DNA of 64,000 nucleotides, taken from Squalus acanthias (lineage: Eukaryota). Below, in pieces: positions 1-12,095 of the stretch. The stretch lies in the NCBI GenBank assembly GCA_030390025.1, contig CM059431.1, positions 129,954,001-130,018,000 on the forward strand. Reading direction: 5' to 3'. The position numbers and the translations under genes are program-made. The notes under the pieces were generated by a model. That model was given only the letters and a program-made list of their open reading frames with translations, was not told the DNA's origin and did not search any database. Within the stretch, counting starts at the first letter, position 1, and each line of letters starts with the position of its first letter.

Positions 1-1929
1 GCTGGTGTGAGGTGGTGCCAACCTGACGCATCATGTGGCAGCCAGGGTGTACAGCGTCAAGTGAAGTAAATCTGGCCATGGTGATGCCATCGCTGGCCTC
101 CCAGGCAGCAATGTTGTCGGGTGCTGATGCCCTGTGACCTCTGCAGCATCCGGTGATTGCGGAGAAAGTTGGTGGTGTTGTTGGTGTGCCTGGTGATGTT
201 GGTGCTGGGGCTGATCGTGGAGGGAGTCCGAGGACCAAGGTGAGATTTTTTCAAGAGCACTGATGTTGCTGGAATAGATGGCAGCTGAAGTTGAGATGAC
301 AGAAGCGATCTGTCAATGGTGAGAGAGCTTGCTCCAAGGAGGTGACAGTGGATAGAGAGTTTACTCCAAACACTTCCAAACTGCATAAAGCTCAAAAGTG
401 TCTTCCAAGTTCTGAAAGCTCAAGCTTCTGACATTGGAAAGTGACCAGCTGTGAAATGGTAGCTTTCACAATCTATATTAACGATTTGGAGGAAGGGACC
501 AAGTGTAACATATCAAAATTTGCAGATGATACAAAGATGGGAGGGAAAGTAGTGAATGAGGAGGACATAAAAAACCTGCAAGGGGACATAGACAGGCTAA
601 GTAAGTGGGCAGAGATTTGGCAGATGGAATACAACACTGGAAAGTGTGAGGTGATGCACTTTGGCAGGAAAAATCCTAGAGCAATTTATTATCTTAATGG
701 CAAGAAACTGGAGAGTACTGAAGTGCAAAGGGATCTGGGGGTCCTGGTGCACGAAACTCAAAAGGTTAGTATGCAGGTGCAGCAAGTGATTAAGAAGGCA
801 AATGGAATGTTGGCTTTCATTGCTAGGGGGATAGAATATAAAAATAGGGAGGTATTGCTTCAGTTGTACAAGGTATTGGTGAGACCGCACCTGGAATACT
901 GCATACAGTTTTGGTGTCCTTACTTAAGGAAAGACATTCTTGCTCTCGAGGCAGTGCAAAAAAGGTTCATTCGGTTAATCCCGGGGATGAGGGGGTGGTC
1001 ATATGAGGAGAGGTTGGGTAGATTGGGACTCTACTCATTGGAGTTCAGAAGAATGAGAGGCGATCTTATTGAAACATATAAGATTGTGAAGGGGTTGGAT
1101 CGGGTGGATGCGGGGAGGATGTTCCCGATGACGGGTGAGACGAGAACTAGGGGACATAGTCTTAGAATAAGGGGCTGCTCTTTCAAAACTGAGATGAGGA
1201 GGAACTACTTCACTCAGAGGGTGGTAGGTCCATGGAATATGCTGCCACAAAAAGCTGTAGAAGCTACAACATTAATTAAATTTAAAACAGAAATAGACAG
1301 TTTCCTAGAAGTAAAGGGCATTAAGGGTTACGGGGAGCGGGCAGGAATTTGGACATGAGTCTAGGTTCGGATCGGTCATGGCCCTGTGGGTAGTGGAGCG
1401 GGCCCAGGGACTGTGTAGCCTGATTCTGCTCCTATTTCGTGTGTGCAATTCTGTTAGATGCAGGAGATGGTTCTGTGATAGATAGTAGATTGGCGGTTAG
1501 GATCAGATCAGCCATGATCTTATTGAATGGCGGAGCAGGCTCGAGGGGCCGATTGGCCTACTCCTGCTCCTATTTCTTATGTTCTTATGTTCTTATACCA
1601 CTTTTGCAGTTGTCACCTATTTACATCAATGGGGAGACATAGAGAACCCGACCTACTTACCTGACGTGATCTCCGAACGACGGGATCCTCGTTAAAAAAG
1701 TGGTAAAATAGAATAGGCTGGCAAAATAGTAGTTAACAAGCATTTAACTATCTTAAATGCCTCCCCCACCGCTTTGTGTCGGGACTGTTCTGAAATCACA
1801 GACCCAACACTTTGGAAACTTACATGGAGGCGGGTTTGGAGCGGATTCTCAACTTGCCATCAATCACTTCGATTTTGACAGCAGACCCGCCTCCAAACCC
1901 GCACTCTGAGCACTGGCAAAATTCAGCCC
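1..1929. mobile_element. Right part of a PIF/Harbinger-type element, interrupted by a CR1 insertion (about 461-1597)
   Basis: The reverse complement of 1880-1929 (GGGCTGAATTTTGCCAG...GGGTTTGGAGGCGGGTCTGC) matches the terminus of the Harbinger-like element at 6079 (GGGCTCGATTTTACCAG...GGGTTTGGAGGCGTGTCAGC). Assigning 1-460 to the same element is inference. Confidence 0.45.
461..1597 (+). mobile_element. 5'-truncated CR1-clade LINE (HER1-like): RT C-terminal half and 3' UTR
   Basis: ORF 441-1358 contains FTIYINDL...KFADDTK, RDLGV, LYKVLVRPHLEYC and RRMRGDLIE, and is open to its natural stop. The 3' UTR carries a GGAGCAGG/CCTGCTCC stem and a (TTCTTATG)n tail. Confidence 0.93.
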
Positions 1930-1932
1930 TTT

Positions 1933-3607
1933 GTGTCTGTCTTCACGGAAGAAGAGGCAAAAAACCTCCCGGAAATAGTGGAGAACCAAGGGTCTAGCAA
2001 GAATGAGGAACTGAAACAAATTAGTATTAGTAAAAAAATAGTACTGGAGAAATTAATGGGACTGAAAGCCGATAAATCCCCTGGACCTGATGGCCTACAT
2101 CCTAGGGTTTTAAAAGAGGTGGCTATAGAGATAGTGGATGCATTTGTTGTCATCTTCCAAAATTCCAAAGATTCTAGAATGGTTCCCGCGGATTGGAAGG
2201 TAGCAAATGTAACCCCGCTATTTAAGAAAGGAGGGAGAGAGAAAACGGGGAACTATAGACCAGTTAGTCTGACATCAGTAGTAGGGAAAATGCTAGAATC
2301 TATTATTAAGGACGTGGTAACAGGGCACTAAGAAAATAATAATAGAATTAGGCAGAGTCAACATGGATTTATGAAAGGGAAATCATGTTTGACGAATCTG
2401 TTCGAGTTTTTTGAGGTTGTAACTAGCAGAATGGATAAGGGGGAACCAGTGGATGTGGTGTATTTGGATTTTCAGAACGCATTTGATAAGGTGCCACAAG
2501 AGGTTATTAAATAAAATTAGGGCTCATGGATTGGGGGTAATATATTAGCATGGATTGAGGATTGGTTAACGGACAGAAAACAGAGTAGGAATAAACGGGT
2601 CATTTTTGGGTTGGCAGGCTGTAACTAGTGGGGTACCGTAAGGATCAGTGCTTGGGCCTCAGCTATTCACAATCTATGTCAATGATTTGGATGAGGGGAC
2701 CAAATGTAATATATCCAAGTTTGCTAATGATACAAAGCTGGGTGGGAATGTAAGTTGTGAGGAGGATGCCAAGAGGCTTCAAGCGGATATAGACAGGCTA
2801 AGTGAGTGGGCAAGAACGTGGCAAATGGAATATAATGTGGAGAAATGTGAAGTTATCCACTTTGGTAGGAAAAATAGAAAAGCAAAGTATTTTTTAAATG
2901 GTGAGAGATTGAGAAATGTTTGTGTTCAGAGGGACCTTGTACACGAATCACTGAAAGTTAACATGCAGGTACAGCAAACAATTAGGAAAGCAAATGGTAT
3001 GTTGGCCTTTATTACAAGAGGATTTGAGTATAAGAATAAAGACGTCTTACTGCAATTATATAGGGCCCTGGTGAGACCACACCTGGAGTATTGTGTACAG
3101 TTTTGGTCTCCTTACCTAAGGAAGGATATACTTGCCTTAGAGGGAGTGCAACAAAGGTTCACCAGACTGATTCCTGGGATGAGGGGATTGTCCTATGAGG
3201 AGAAATTGAGTAGACTAGGCCTATATTTTCTAGAGTTTAGAAGAATGAGAGGTGATCTCATTGAAACATTCAAATTTATTACAGGGCTTGACAGGATAGA
3301 TGCAGGGAAGATGTTTCCCCTGGCTGAGGAGTCGGCCATTTAGGACTGAGATGAGGAGAAATTTCTTCACTCAGAGGGTGGTGAATCTTTGTAATTTCTA
3401 CCCCAGAGGGCAATGGAGGCTCAGTTGTTGAGTATATTCAAGACACAGATCATTAGATTTTTAGATATTAAGGGAATCAAAGGCTATGGGGATAGTGCAG
3501 GAAAGTGGAGTTGAGGTAGAAGATCAGCCATGATCTTATTGAATGGCGGTGCAGGCTCGAGGGGCCGAATGGCCTACTCCTCCTATTTCTTATGTTCTTA
3601 TGTTCTT
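1933..3607 (+). mobile_element. CR1 LINE fragment (RT domain with stops and frameshifts) ending in an octamer tail
   Basis: ORFs 1933-2331 (KSPGPDGLHPRVLKE, NYRPVSLTS) and 2648-3343 (FANDTK, catalytic motif altered). Tail TTCTTATGTTCTTATGTTCTT near 3587-3607. Confidence 0.93.
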
Positions 3608-4060
3608 TATCAAACCACTGTTTACTTCCCTCCAGTCTGAAAAACAACTGTTCACCACTACTCTTTGCTTTCTGTCCCATAGACGATTTTGTATCCACAC
3701 TGCTACTTCCCCTTTAATCCCATGGGCTTTAATTTGGCTAATAAGTCTATTATGCAGTTCTTTATCAAATGCCTTTTTAAAGTCCATATATACAACATCA
3801 ACTACACTACTTTCAGCAACCCTCTCCATTCTTCATCAAAGAACTCAATCAAGTTAGTCAAACATAATTTGCCTTTAACAAATCAGTGCTGGATGTTATT
3901 TATTAACCCATATTTTTCCAAGTGACAATTAATTTTGTCTTGGATTATTGTCTCTAAAAGCTTCCCCACCACTGACGTTAGGCTGACTGGTCTGTAGTTG
4001 TCGGGTTTATCCCTCTCTCGTTTTGTGAACAAGGTTGTAACATTTGCAGTCCTCTGGAAC
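3608..4060 (-). mobile_element. CR1 RT fragment in opposite orientation, abutting the previous tail
   Basis: Minus ORF 3590-3829: VDVVYMDFKKAFDK...WIQNRLWDRKQRVVVN. Confidence 0.85.
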
Positions 4061-5064
4061 CCTTGTATCCCCCGCTTCCACTTGTTCCGTTTACATTTAC
4101 CTCATCCCTGACTGTCCATGCACTCTCCTCCCCCACCCCTACTCGGTCTCCCCAAGGGCAGGTGATGAGAGGTCAGGCCTCCTCACCCTTGACCTCTTTC
4201 TCCTGCCTCCCCCTTCTACCTTCACTTCCTACCTGTTTTCTTCAAAAAGGCATTGTTTGCTTTCAGAATATGGTTGGCAAAACAGTGCCTGACCCTTCTC
4301 ATTCTCCAGATAGGTGTTAGCATTTAAAACTTCTGTCTCACAGGTGTAAGCCATTTGCAGTTACATTTTCTAGCTATCAACAGAATACAAGTGTTTTAAT
4401 TAGTTTGCTTTAATACTCAACTGTGAAGGTAATTTTAACTTGACCTGCCATCGATGAAAAGTAAAATTGAGTGGGGTGTAAAACGGGCAGTTGGTCTGAT
4501 CCCATCAGTTTCTTGGCGGGCAGGTTAACGTAAAATTACCCGCTGTTTTCTTTGAAAATTGAAAAAGCATTAAGAAAAACACACACTCTCTCTCTCCTAT
4601 AGCTTGCTACAATTTCTGAACTTTAGAACACTAAACAAAACTTAGTGGGTGTGTAATTAGTACTTATATTTAGCCTTGCGTGTGCGCGCACACAGCGCCT
4701 CTCTGTTTTAAAGCAAACTCGATGTATATTTTACCTGAGAGAGCTTTTCAAAATTTGTCCTACAACTTTTCTTCAAATAATGTTGAAAAGAACTGAGCAG
4801 CAACTGCTAGAAGCTAAAGAAGAATATTCTATCAGTTCAGCTGACTGAACAGTATTGATGGATCCTGGGAAATTAGATACCCTGCATATGCTCAGATTGC
4901 ACAACTGAAATTCAGCGGACAGCACAACCGTTCAGGACAAAAATAGCAAGTGAAAGCCTCGGCTTTTGAGAGGGGCTGGGTCCTTCAAGTAAATACTTTA
5001 ATTGAAGCTATTAAAAGATAAAATAGACAATTCAGTGGATACATTTGATCATGTCACAGCTTTT

Positions 5065-5227
5065 AAAAGGAAGTTGGATAAGTACCTGAAAGAAAGAACT
5101 TTGCAGGGCTATGGGGAAAGGGCGGGGGAGTGGGACTAGCTGAGGTGCTCTTGCAGAGAGCCGGCACGGGTTCGACTGGCCGAATGGCCACCTTCCGTGC
5201 TGTAACCATTTTATGATTCTATGATTG
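5065..5227 (+). mobile_element. CR1 3' end remnant (ATTCTATG-tail subfamily)
   Basis: Contains FKRKLDKYL...QGYGERAGEWD* coding remnant, then GGCCGAATGGCC and a TATGATTCTATGATT tail. Confidence 0.8.
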
Positions 5228-6078
5228 TGAAATATGTAATGTTTTGAGTTTTTAAAACATTTGTTTAAACCCTTATTTTGGATATTAGAAATTTCATATA
5301 CTGAGGGGAAAAAATGGCAGATCAAAAATTATTCAATTATACGTCAACAAATCTGCTCCAATTAACATAATCCGACTCAAACCAAGTGATCTTAATGTGA
5401 CAGTTGTACAGTCACATGGGTTTTGTGACGAGGAAAATGTGAAAAAGGGTTAAGTGCTCTAAATTAGAAAAGTACTACAGTGCTCTCTGCAACTGTGTTG
5501 GCAATTACACATATGTTGTAGACACTATTAACATTGAAAAATCCATAAGAAATGTTTACAGGTGACAGGATGTAGCGTTTCTAAAAAAAAAAAATATATA
5601 GATTTGGCCAGTCTTTGCTCATTTTTGGGTTATTCAGTGCTAATAACTTGATTTTAAGCGATCCAGTAAAATCTCTATGGTGTTTGTATGCATATGAACC
5701 GGGAACGATTAAATGTGTGAACAAATTTATGCTGAGGCTGAATAATGGTATAAAATTGATTGCTTCATTTGAATGTATTATCATAATGTGTTTTTCCCAA
5801 AATACTGCAGAACTCGGTTGTATACTTGATCAGAGATTGTGGGAGGCACAGGTGTGAATAACTAGTGACAACAAAAACTTTTCATGTGGAAAATTGCTAG
5901 TGGAGTTCAATCTTGTGAATGTTATTTAGTTTTATCCAGCTGTGTGCTTTATTGTGCACCCAGTTGTGTTATGCATCATGGGCCAGGTATTGTCCAAATT
6001 CACTGACATTTTAGTCCTTGATGCACAGTATAAACTTTCTGATTTGAAGCCAACCAAATTGAAGGAGTCAGAGTCATA

Positions 6079-7764
6079 GGGCTCGATTTTACCAGCCCCG
6101 GGGAGGTGGGTTTGGAGGCGTGTCAGCTGGTAAAAATCGGGGAAAAAATGGCTTCAGACACCCAACCCGCCTCCATCCCGCCCCCACGTGATTTTCCTGA
6201 GTGTCTGTTCAGCTGCTCCCAAACTGACCCGACTCCAACCGGTGGGACAGGTAGTTAAGGCAGTTAAGAGCCTGTTAACTGCCTTGATAATCCTATTTTG
6301 ACAGAGGTTTCCCATTTTCCTGCCTCTGCCTCCTGTTTCCCGTCATGTCAGAAACAGTCCTGCTGCAAGGAGACGAGTTAGTGGAGGACATAATCTGTAG
6401 GCATTATTGGTGCAGAACTTTAAAAGCGCTCCTGTAACATGGCTGGCATTCAAATGCAACAACTTTGTTGTTGGAGGTTTGGGATAAGATTTTGCAAATC
6501 TACTGACCTTGTGACTGGTCAAGCTGACACACATCTGCTGTTTGAACTGATTGGAATAATTTCAGGCCACTTTGAGTGTGCGCTTGCAAGCTTCTTGCCT
6601 CAACTGAAATCGAGAACAATGGGATGGGAACCATTTACATCATCTCATCCTGGTCGCCAGATTCGGAGGAAGAGCAGCGCGCCTTAGTGCTGCCGGATGA
6701 ACAAGTGGCTCAGCACACAGCCTCCTTGGAGGACGATGAAGAGGGCGAGGAGCAGGGTGAGGAAGAGGACGGGGAGTGAAGCCTTGCGGGGTCGGATGTG
6801 GCCAATCCAGCAGCAGACGACCACATTGCTGGCCGTCAGGCAAGGGATGCACTCATCCATGCCAGCTTCGCGTCATCTTACACTTCAACCACAGGTGGCT
6901 GGCACATGGAGATGAATATAAGTCCGACATTGTCAAAACCCCAGGCATCATCTGTCCAATAAACGGTGGTTTGCGTGCAGTGTCACCACCAACATTCTAC
7001 ATGGAAATCACCCTGAGCCCTCACTCTTGAACTTCCATTTCCCAGAACACAGAGGCCACACTTTAGGTGATCTCAGCAGATCATTAAACCTTTTTCCACA
7101 CTGAACCCATGTGCGTCTGCACACAGACCTCGCGCTCAGCCCCTCAGCAATTTGCAGCCAAGCTGCCTTGGTTTGCTGAGGAGGTCCCCTCCTTCTGTTT
7201 CTAGGGAGGAGGAGCTCCTGATGTCCTCTAACTCCCTCAACAAGAGCATGGAGAGAGCCCTCATTGAACCTGGGTGCAGCCTTAGTTATTGGGGCTGCCG
7301 TTGCTGCAGCAGCCAGCACCTTTAAGAGAAAAAAGCATTAATATCACTAAGCCAAAGATTGGAACAAATCTGGCATCTTTTTCATTTCATAGTCAGATTA
7401 TAAATTGATATATACAAAAAATCATAAAATGTTTCTGGAAAAATAGGACCAGCAATTTCATTCCTTAAATTTTGTTCACAACAGACGCTGTCAACTCCCT
7501 TTTCTATATGTTACACCAAACCATCACACTGACATGTTTCCCAAAGGGGACATGGCCCCTTTAAATTTTTATTCAAACAACGCGTCATCAGACGCGAGAA
7601 ACTGACAGCCTCCAAGCAACTGCCAGGAGGACCCGCATGTCGGCTGTAACGAGGCCAATCAGCGCAAAATGGTAAGTTCTGGGAGGCAACAGCCGGGAGC
7701 GGGTCGGAAAGCCACCGAACAGCGGACCCGCATTCGAGCCGCCTTCATTATTAAAATCGCAGCC
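6079..7764. mobile_element. Internally deleted PIF/Harbinger transposon with a Myb/SANT-like gene remnant (-) and a probable transposase remnant (+)
   Basis: Imperfect TIRs GGGCTCGATTTTA (6079) and TAAAATCGCAGCC (about 7752-7764). Minus ORF 7008-7319 APRFNEGSLHALVEGV...AWLQIAEGLSARSVCRRTWVQCGKRFNDL is a typical Myb/SANT-like domain. Plus ORF 6576-6779 QRALVL...DDEEGEE resembles the acidic C-terminus of Harbinger transposases. Confidence 0.75.
7008..7319 (-). pseudogene. Harbinger-associated Myb/SANT-like DNA-binding domain remnant
   Basis: Motif pattern F..(L)..L..LV...W..IA.......RTW.QC.K.F.DL in the translated ORF. Confidence 0.75.
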
Positions 7765-8570
7765 ATAGAGTCTTAATGGCACTGAAGGAAGCCATTTGGC
7801 CCATCGAGTCCGTGCCGCCTCTCTGTAGAGCAAACCAGTCAGTCCCATTTCCCTGCTCTATCCCCATAGTCCTGCAAGTTTATTTCCCTATCCAAACCCG
7901 TCATAATCTTGTGCACCTCTATCAAATCACCCCTCAACCTCCTTTGCTCTAATGAAAACAAATCCAGCTTCTCCAACCTGTCCTTGTAGCTAAGATCCCC
8001 CATCCCCGGAACCATTCTGGTAAATCTCCTCTGCACCCTCAAGGGCCTTCACATCCTTCCGAAAGTGTGGTGACCAGAACTGGACGCAATACTCCAGTTG
8101 TGGCCTTACCAGCGCTTTATAAAGGTTCAGCATAACTTCTCAACATTTGTACTCAATACCTCTATTTATGAAGCCCAGGATCCCATATGCTTTGCTAACC
8201 ACTCTCTCAATATGTCCTGCCACCTTCAGGGACCGATGCACATTAACTCCCAGGTACCCCTGTCCCTGCACACTCTTTAAAACTGTGCCATTAAGTGTAT
8301 ATTGCCTCTCTGTTCCTTCTGCCAAAATGCATCACCTCACACTTCTCTGTATTAAATTCCATCTGCCACTTGTTTGCCCATTCTGCTAGCCTTTCTATGT
8401 CCTGTTGCAGTCGATTGGTATCATCATCACTGTTTGCCACACCCCCAAGTTTGGTGTCATCGGCAAATTTAGAAATTCTACTCTGTATTCCAATATCCAG
8501 GTCATTTATCAGTGGCCCCAGCACTGACCCTTGGGGAACACCACTGTCTACCATCCTCCAGTCTGAAAAT
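7765..8570 (-). mobile_element. CR1 LINE 3' fragment with deletions
   Basis: Minus ORFs 8291-8554 (SGVPQGSVLGP, KFADDTK), 8140-8325 and 7839-8042 ([10 protein letters not shown]). Confidence 0.9.
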
Positions 8571-8914
8571 CAACATTCCATGTTATCACCAGAAACCAAT
8601 AGAACTAGGGCATTTGTTTATAATTTTCAGAGGAAATCATAATGTTTAAATATTTCAGTAACATTGAGGGTTCAGTTTTGCCACATGTTCCCACATGAAT
8701 GCAAAAGCTAATACAGCTGCATATGGCCCTGATTTGTGCCAGTATTCAATGTGGCAGTTTTCTCTGCTGAGAAACAATGTTGTTACTTAACTGATATGCA
8801 GGCAACCAGAAGGTGCATGCGTGTGCATTCTTTTAGTGGTTATTTCTAGTGCTAACCATGCAATGGGCTTGATTCATGAAAATGTATAAGTCTAGCCAAC
8901 ATTCCTCCTATTTT

Positions 8915-8916
<2 letters not shown>

Positions 8917-8961
<45 letters not shown>
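8917..8961. repeat. (CA)n microsatellite
   Basis: Pure AC dinucleotide run. A second, imperfect run lies at about 9220-9250. Confidence 0.95.
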
Positions 8962-8968
<7 letters not shown>

Positions 8969-9214
8969 CTCTTTCGTATCCAGCACCTACGGGACCAGGA
9001 TGGTGCCAGTTGATGATAAAATTCTGGATAACAGAGAGGCAGGCAATTTTTAACACAAACAAAAATAAAAACCACTGACTAACTCGGCCACTGCGGGAGA
9101 CTCGGACTCGGCAAAACGAGTGCTGGATGGATTCGGCAAGATTACCGGTTATCTATTTTGCCAGTTATTAAAGAATTCCGGATGATTAAGTGCGGTTTAA
9201 ACAAGAGTTTACTG
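8962..9214. mobile_element. Tigger/pogo-type MITE inserted in a (CA)n tract
   Basis: TIRs CAGTAAACTCTT...AAGAGTTTACTG. Termini resemble those of the MITE at 20775-21139. Confidence 0.75.
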
Positions 9215-9405
9215 CATATACACACACACACACACGCATGCACACACACGTTAGCTCTCTATCCAGGTCACCTTATCTGCATACAAACTCCACCACTTGA
9301 TTATGTTCATGAAGCAGTGGAAATTGTCCTTGGAGAGTAACAGACTGAATCTCCCTGGCCCAACCATACAGTGGATTCACAAAGATCCACCCGAGAACTT
9401 CCCTG

Positions 9406-11092
9406 TGTAAAATTCGCAATTATCGCGATTCAAAATAACGAGAGAGAAACAGATTCGTTTAATCAGTTTATTTAAACTAAATGCTGTCATGATTAAAAAG
9501 GACACACAAGCCTGTAAAATGGCCGCCACGCATCGTGACAGAAGCTTCCAGAATTTTCAGTGGGCAGACAAGATGGCGTTCGAATAAACATTTCAGTATA
9601 AGATTGGATAATACTCAGCAGACATTGATAAAGACAGGATGCAACCTGTTTGCATTCGAAACAATAGCATAAGATATGAGTGCTGGAATCGTTTTCCATG
9701 CACAAGTAAGGACCATTGTACTGGGCAATCGAAGGCCCATCCAGACACATCAATACGCAAATACCCCCACGGCTCTACAATGAGAGAGCCATTCTCGGGT
9801 GATTAAACAAGTATTCGGGGGCCCCCAAAACCCAGCCAGGGAGGCTCCGAGCTGGTTCAACAATGGGGAAAACATTAACGGGTAGTTGACCAGTCTCAGG
9901 TGCTACCGAAACCCGTTAAAGACAAGAATCACCCCATGCTGGGAGTTTTGAGCGCCAATATTTCACAAAGGACAAACATTAAGATTTGAGCGGGAGATAA
10001 GGGAACACAGCACTATAACTATAGTGAACAAATGTCCATCGCTCTCTTGATTCGACTCTTATTCTCTTACTCCCTTGATTCGATTCTTATTCGCTTGATT
10101 CGACTCTTATTCTCTTACTCCCTTGATTCGTGCTCTTGTTTCTCTGGACTGTTGACTCTGGACTTTTAGCCGCACTGGACGGTTATTCGAATGTTGGGTG
10201 GAGCTCAAACGGAACGAGCCGCCTCGACGAAGGCCGGTAACCGGGTGCACCATCCCGAGTGTCGGTAAACGGTGTTCTGGACCCGAAGAGACGAGACGAG
10301 ACGAGATGAGAAGAGAAGAAGAATAATCCACGTGCCGCCGCGGTCAGTAAACCCCAACCGCGCCGAATTTATACGAACTCTACAGGTTACTGCACGAACT
10401 GGTCAAAGACTCTTCTTTGAATTCTACCGGCAACCGGTGTCGGACACAGGAAGACTCTTCTTCGAACCGGGCCCGAGCACTGTCGAGTTCTTCATGACAA
10501 CGGGGAGCCCAGCCTGCTTGCAGCAGCAGCGAAAGTAAACAAGTCGGGTACAGAGACCCCTCAAAACACGGGACAGTCAGGCGCTGCAGCGAAACGAGCC
10601 GAGCGCCTCACTTTAAAATTCTCCGAAGTATCACGAGTGGTGAGCATGTTTCCCGATCCTACAAATCTAGATGTAGTGTAGGTATTGATAGGGGAGGGTG
10701 GTTTTATTAAGGATAAAGTATAACGTGTTCCCCTTCTTACGATGTGCCGTGCGTTCTTCATTACCATAGACCAAGCTTTATGAATGTATGTATACTTGTA
10801 CTATCGTTAATTTGTGCCTATGACATGTACTTCATGATTTTAGACGCTATGCAATAAAGATTTCCATTTCGTACTATTCAACCAGGTCTATTTGAGTTTT
10901 TCTCTGCATTACTGCTCTCGCACCTAAGTCCAGTGTTAGAACCGTAAGGGCGAGTGGGTCGAACCACTCACAGGTGCTTATTGCAACAAGGCTGGCCGGA
11001 GACCAGAGCAAGCAATAGTATTAGGCAACGAAGGCCTAACCTCGCACCAGCACCGGCTGCGATACAAGCACGACACACACAAACCCCTTACA
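9406..11092 (+). mobile_element. Long (1687 bp) candidate solo LTR
   Basis: Begins TGTAA and ends TTACA (5-bp terminal inverted repeat). Perfect 4-bp TSD CCTG at 9402-9405 and 11093-11096. AATAAA at 10853-10858. CpG-rich relative to flanks, with internal tandem repeats. Confidence 0.8.
10046..10130. repeat. Tandem repeat array within the solo LTR
   Basis: The unit CTTGATTCGACTCTTATTCTCTTACTCCCTTGATTCG occurs twice, with a partial copy between. Confidence 0.85.
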
Positions 11093-11536
11093 CCTGTCAT
11101 TAGAAACTGGAATCCTCCAATCGTGAGAACAAGAGGAGGAAGATAATGATGAATTGGCTAAGTGAAAAGGGTTATGGTATTGATTTATTTATTTCAGTTA
11201 TTGTACATATCGGGTTCACTTACAGAAATTGGCCTGACTTGTTTTGATGCATGAAGCCCAGAATATTGATACTTGATCAGGTATCTGAAGGATAATTAAA
11301 TTTAAATACAAGCATCTTGTGGGGTTTAGTTGTACATATGTTTGGTTGGCAGTAATAGTTAAGTTTGAGATGTATATTTAAATTTCAAAATCAAATCTTG
11401 AAGTATTTCTCAGCCTGTCTTGTTCAAATTAGATAGTCTGTCGGAAGCCATTAGAGAGAAGAAGCTCGGCCAGAGAGAGAATCCATAGATGATCAGTAAC
11501 AAGCTATCATATAAAAGTTAATATTCAGGGACTTTG

Positions 11537-12095
11537 GCCCCGATATTCATGGGGAGGGGGGGAGAGCGGGAAGGTTGTAGCATTCGGGAAACCCAGAAGT
11601 ACAGGTTTCCCGGAGGTCCTGCCGAATTTAACGGCAGGACCTGATTTAAATTTTTGGACTTCGTTTCCCAGCTGACAACCAGCCAGATTGAGAGGCTGGC
11701 TAGCTGTCGGGCGGGAAGGCCTGTGGCACCAGGCTGTGCAGCTGGAAAGTGGAGAGGAAGAAGGGAGAGATGGTGGGGTGCCAGTGGCCCTTACCTGTTG
11801 CCTCCGGCCGTTCTTGCCTCCCTCCAGCTGTTGGGTTTCCCGAGCCCTGGGAAACCCGGCCCGCAGCACTTAAATTTAAAACTGTGATAAACTTAGAGGC
11901 ACACAATCTCGTTAAAGTACTTAAATGATGGATCTGCCTCTGGAGGGCAGGTTAGTTGCCTGACCCCGCCCCCCCTCCCCAACCCGCCTCCGTTAAAAGC
12001 GGAAGTGGGCTGGTTGGGGTGGGGCTTTCCCACTTATGAATTTTTAATCCCCCCACCGCCCCTCTCCTGCTGTCCTGCGGGGTTAAAATTCCCCT
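11537..12095. mobile_element. Harbinger-like MITE
   Basis: GC-rich termini GGCCCCGATATT...AAAATTCCCC and CCCGCC-rich subterminal motifs like the other Harbinger-type MITEs in the window. TIR is weak. Confidence 0.5.

Noticed and set aside
4780..4995. Possible coding exon (MLKRTEQQLLEAKEEYS...) ending at a GTAAAT donor
   Set aside because: All three plus frames contain stops. It could be a 5' UTR exon, but nothing in the sequence supports that directly.
10046..10130. Repeat array as CRISPR-like
   Set aside because: No unique spacers and no cas genes; eukaryotic context. It is a simple tandem repeat inside an LTR.
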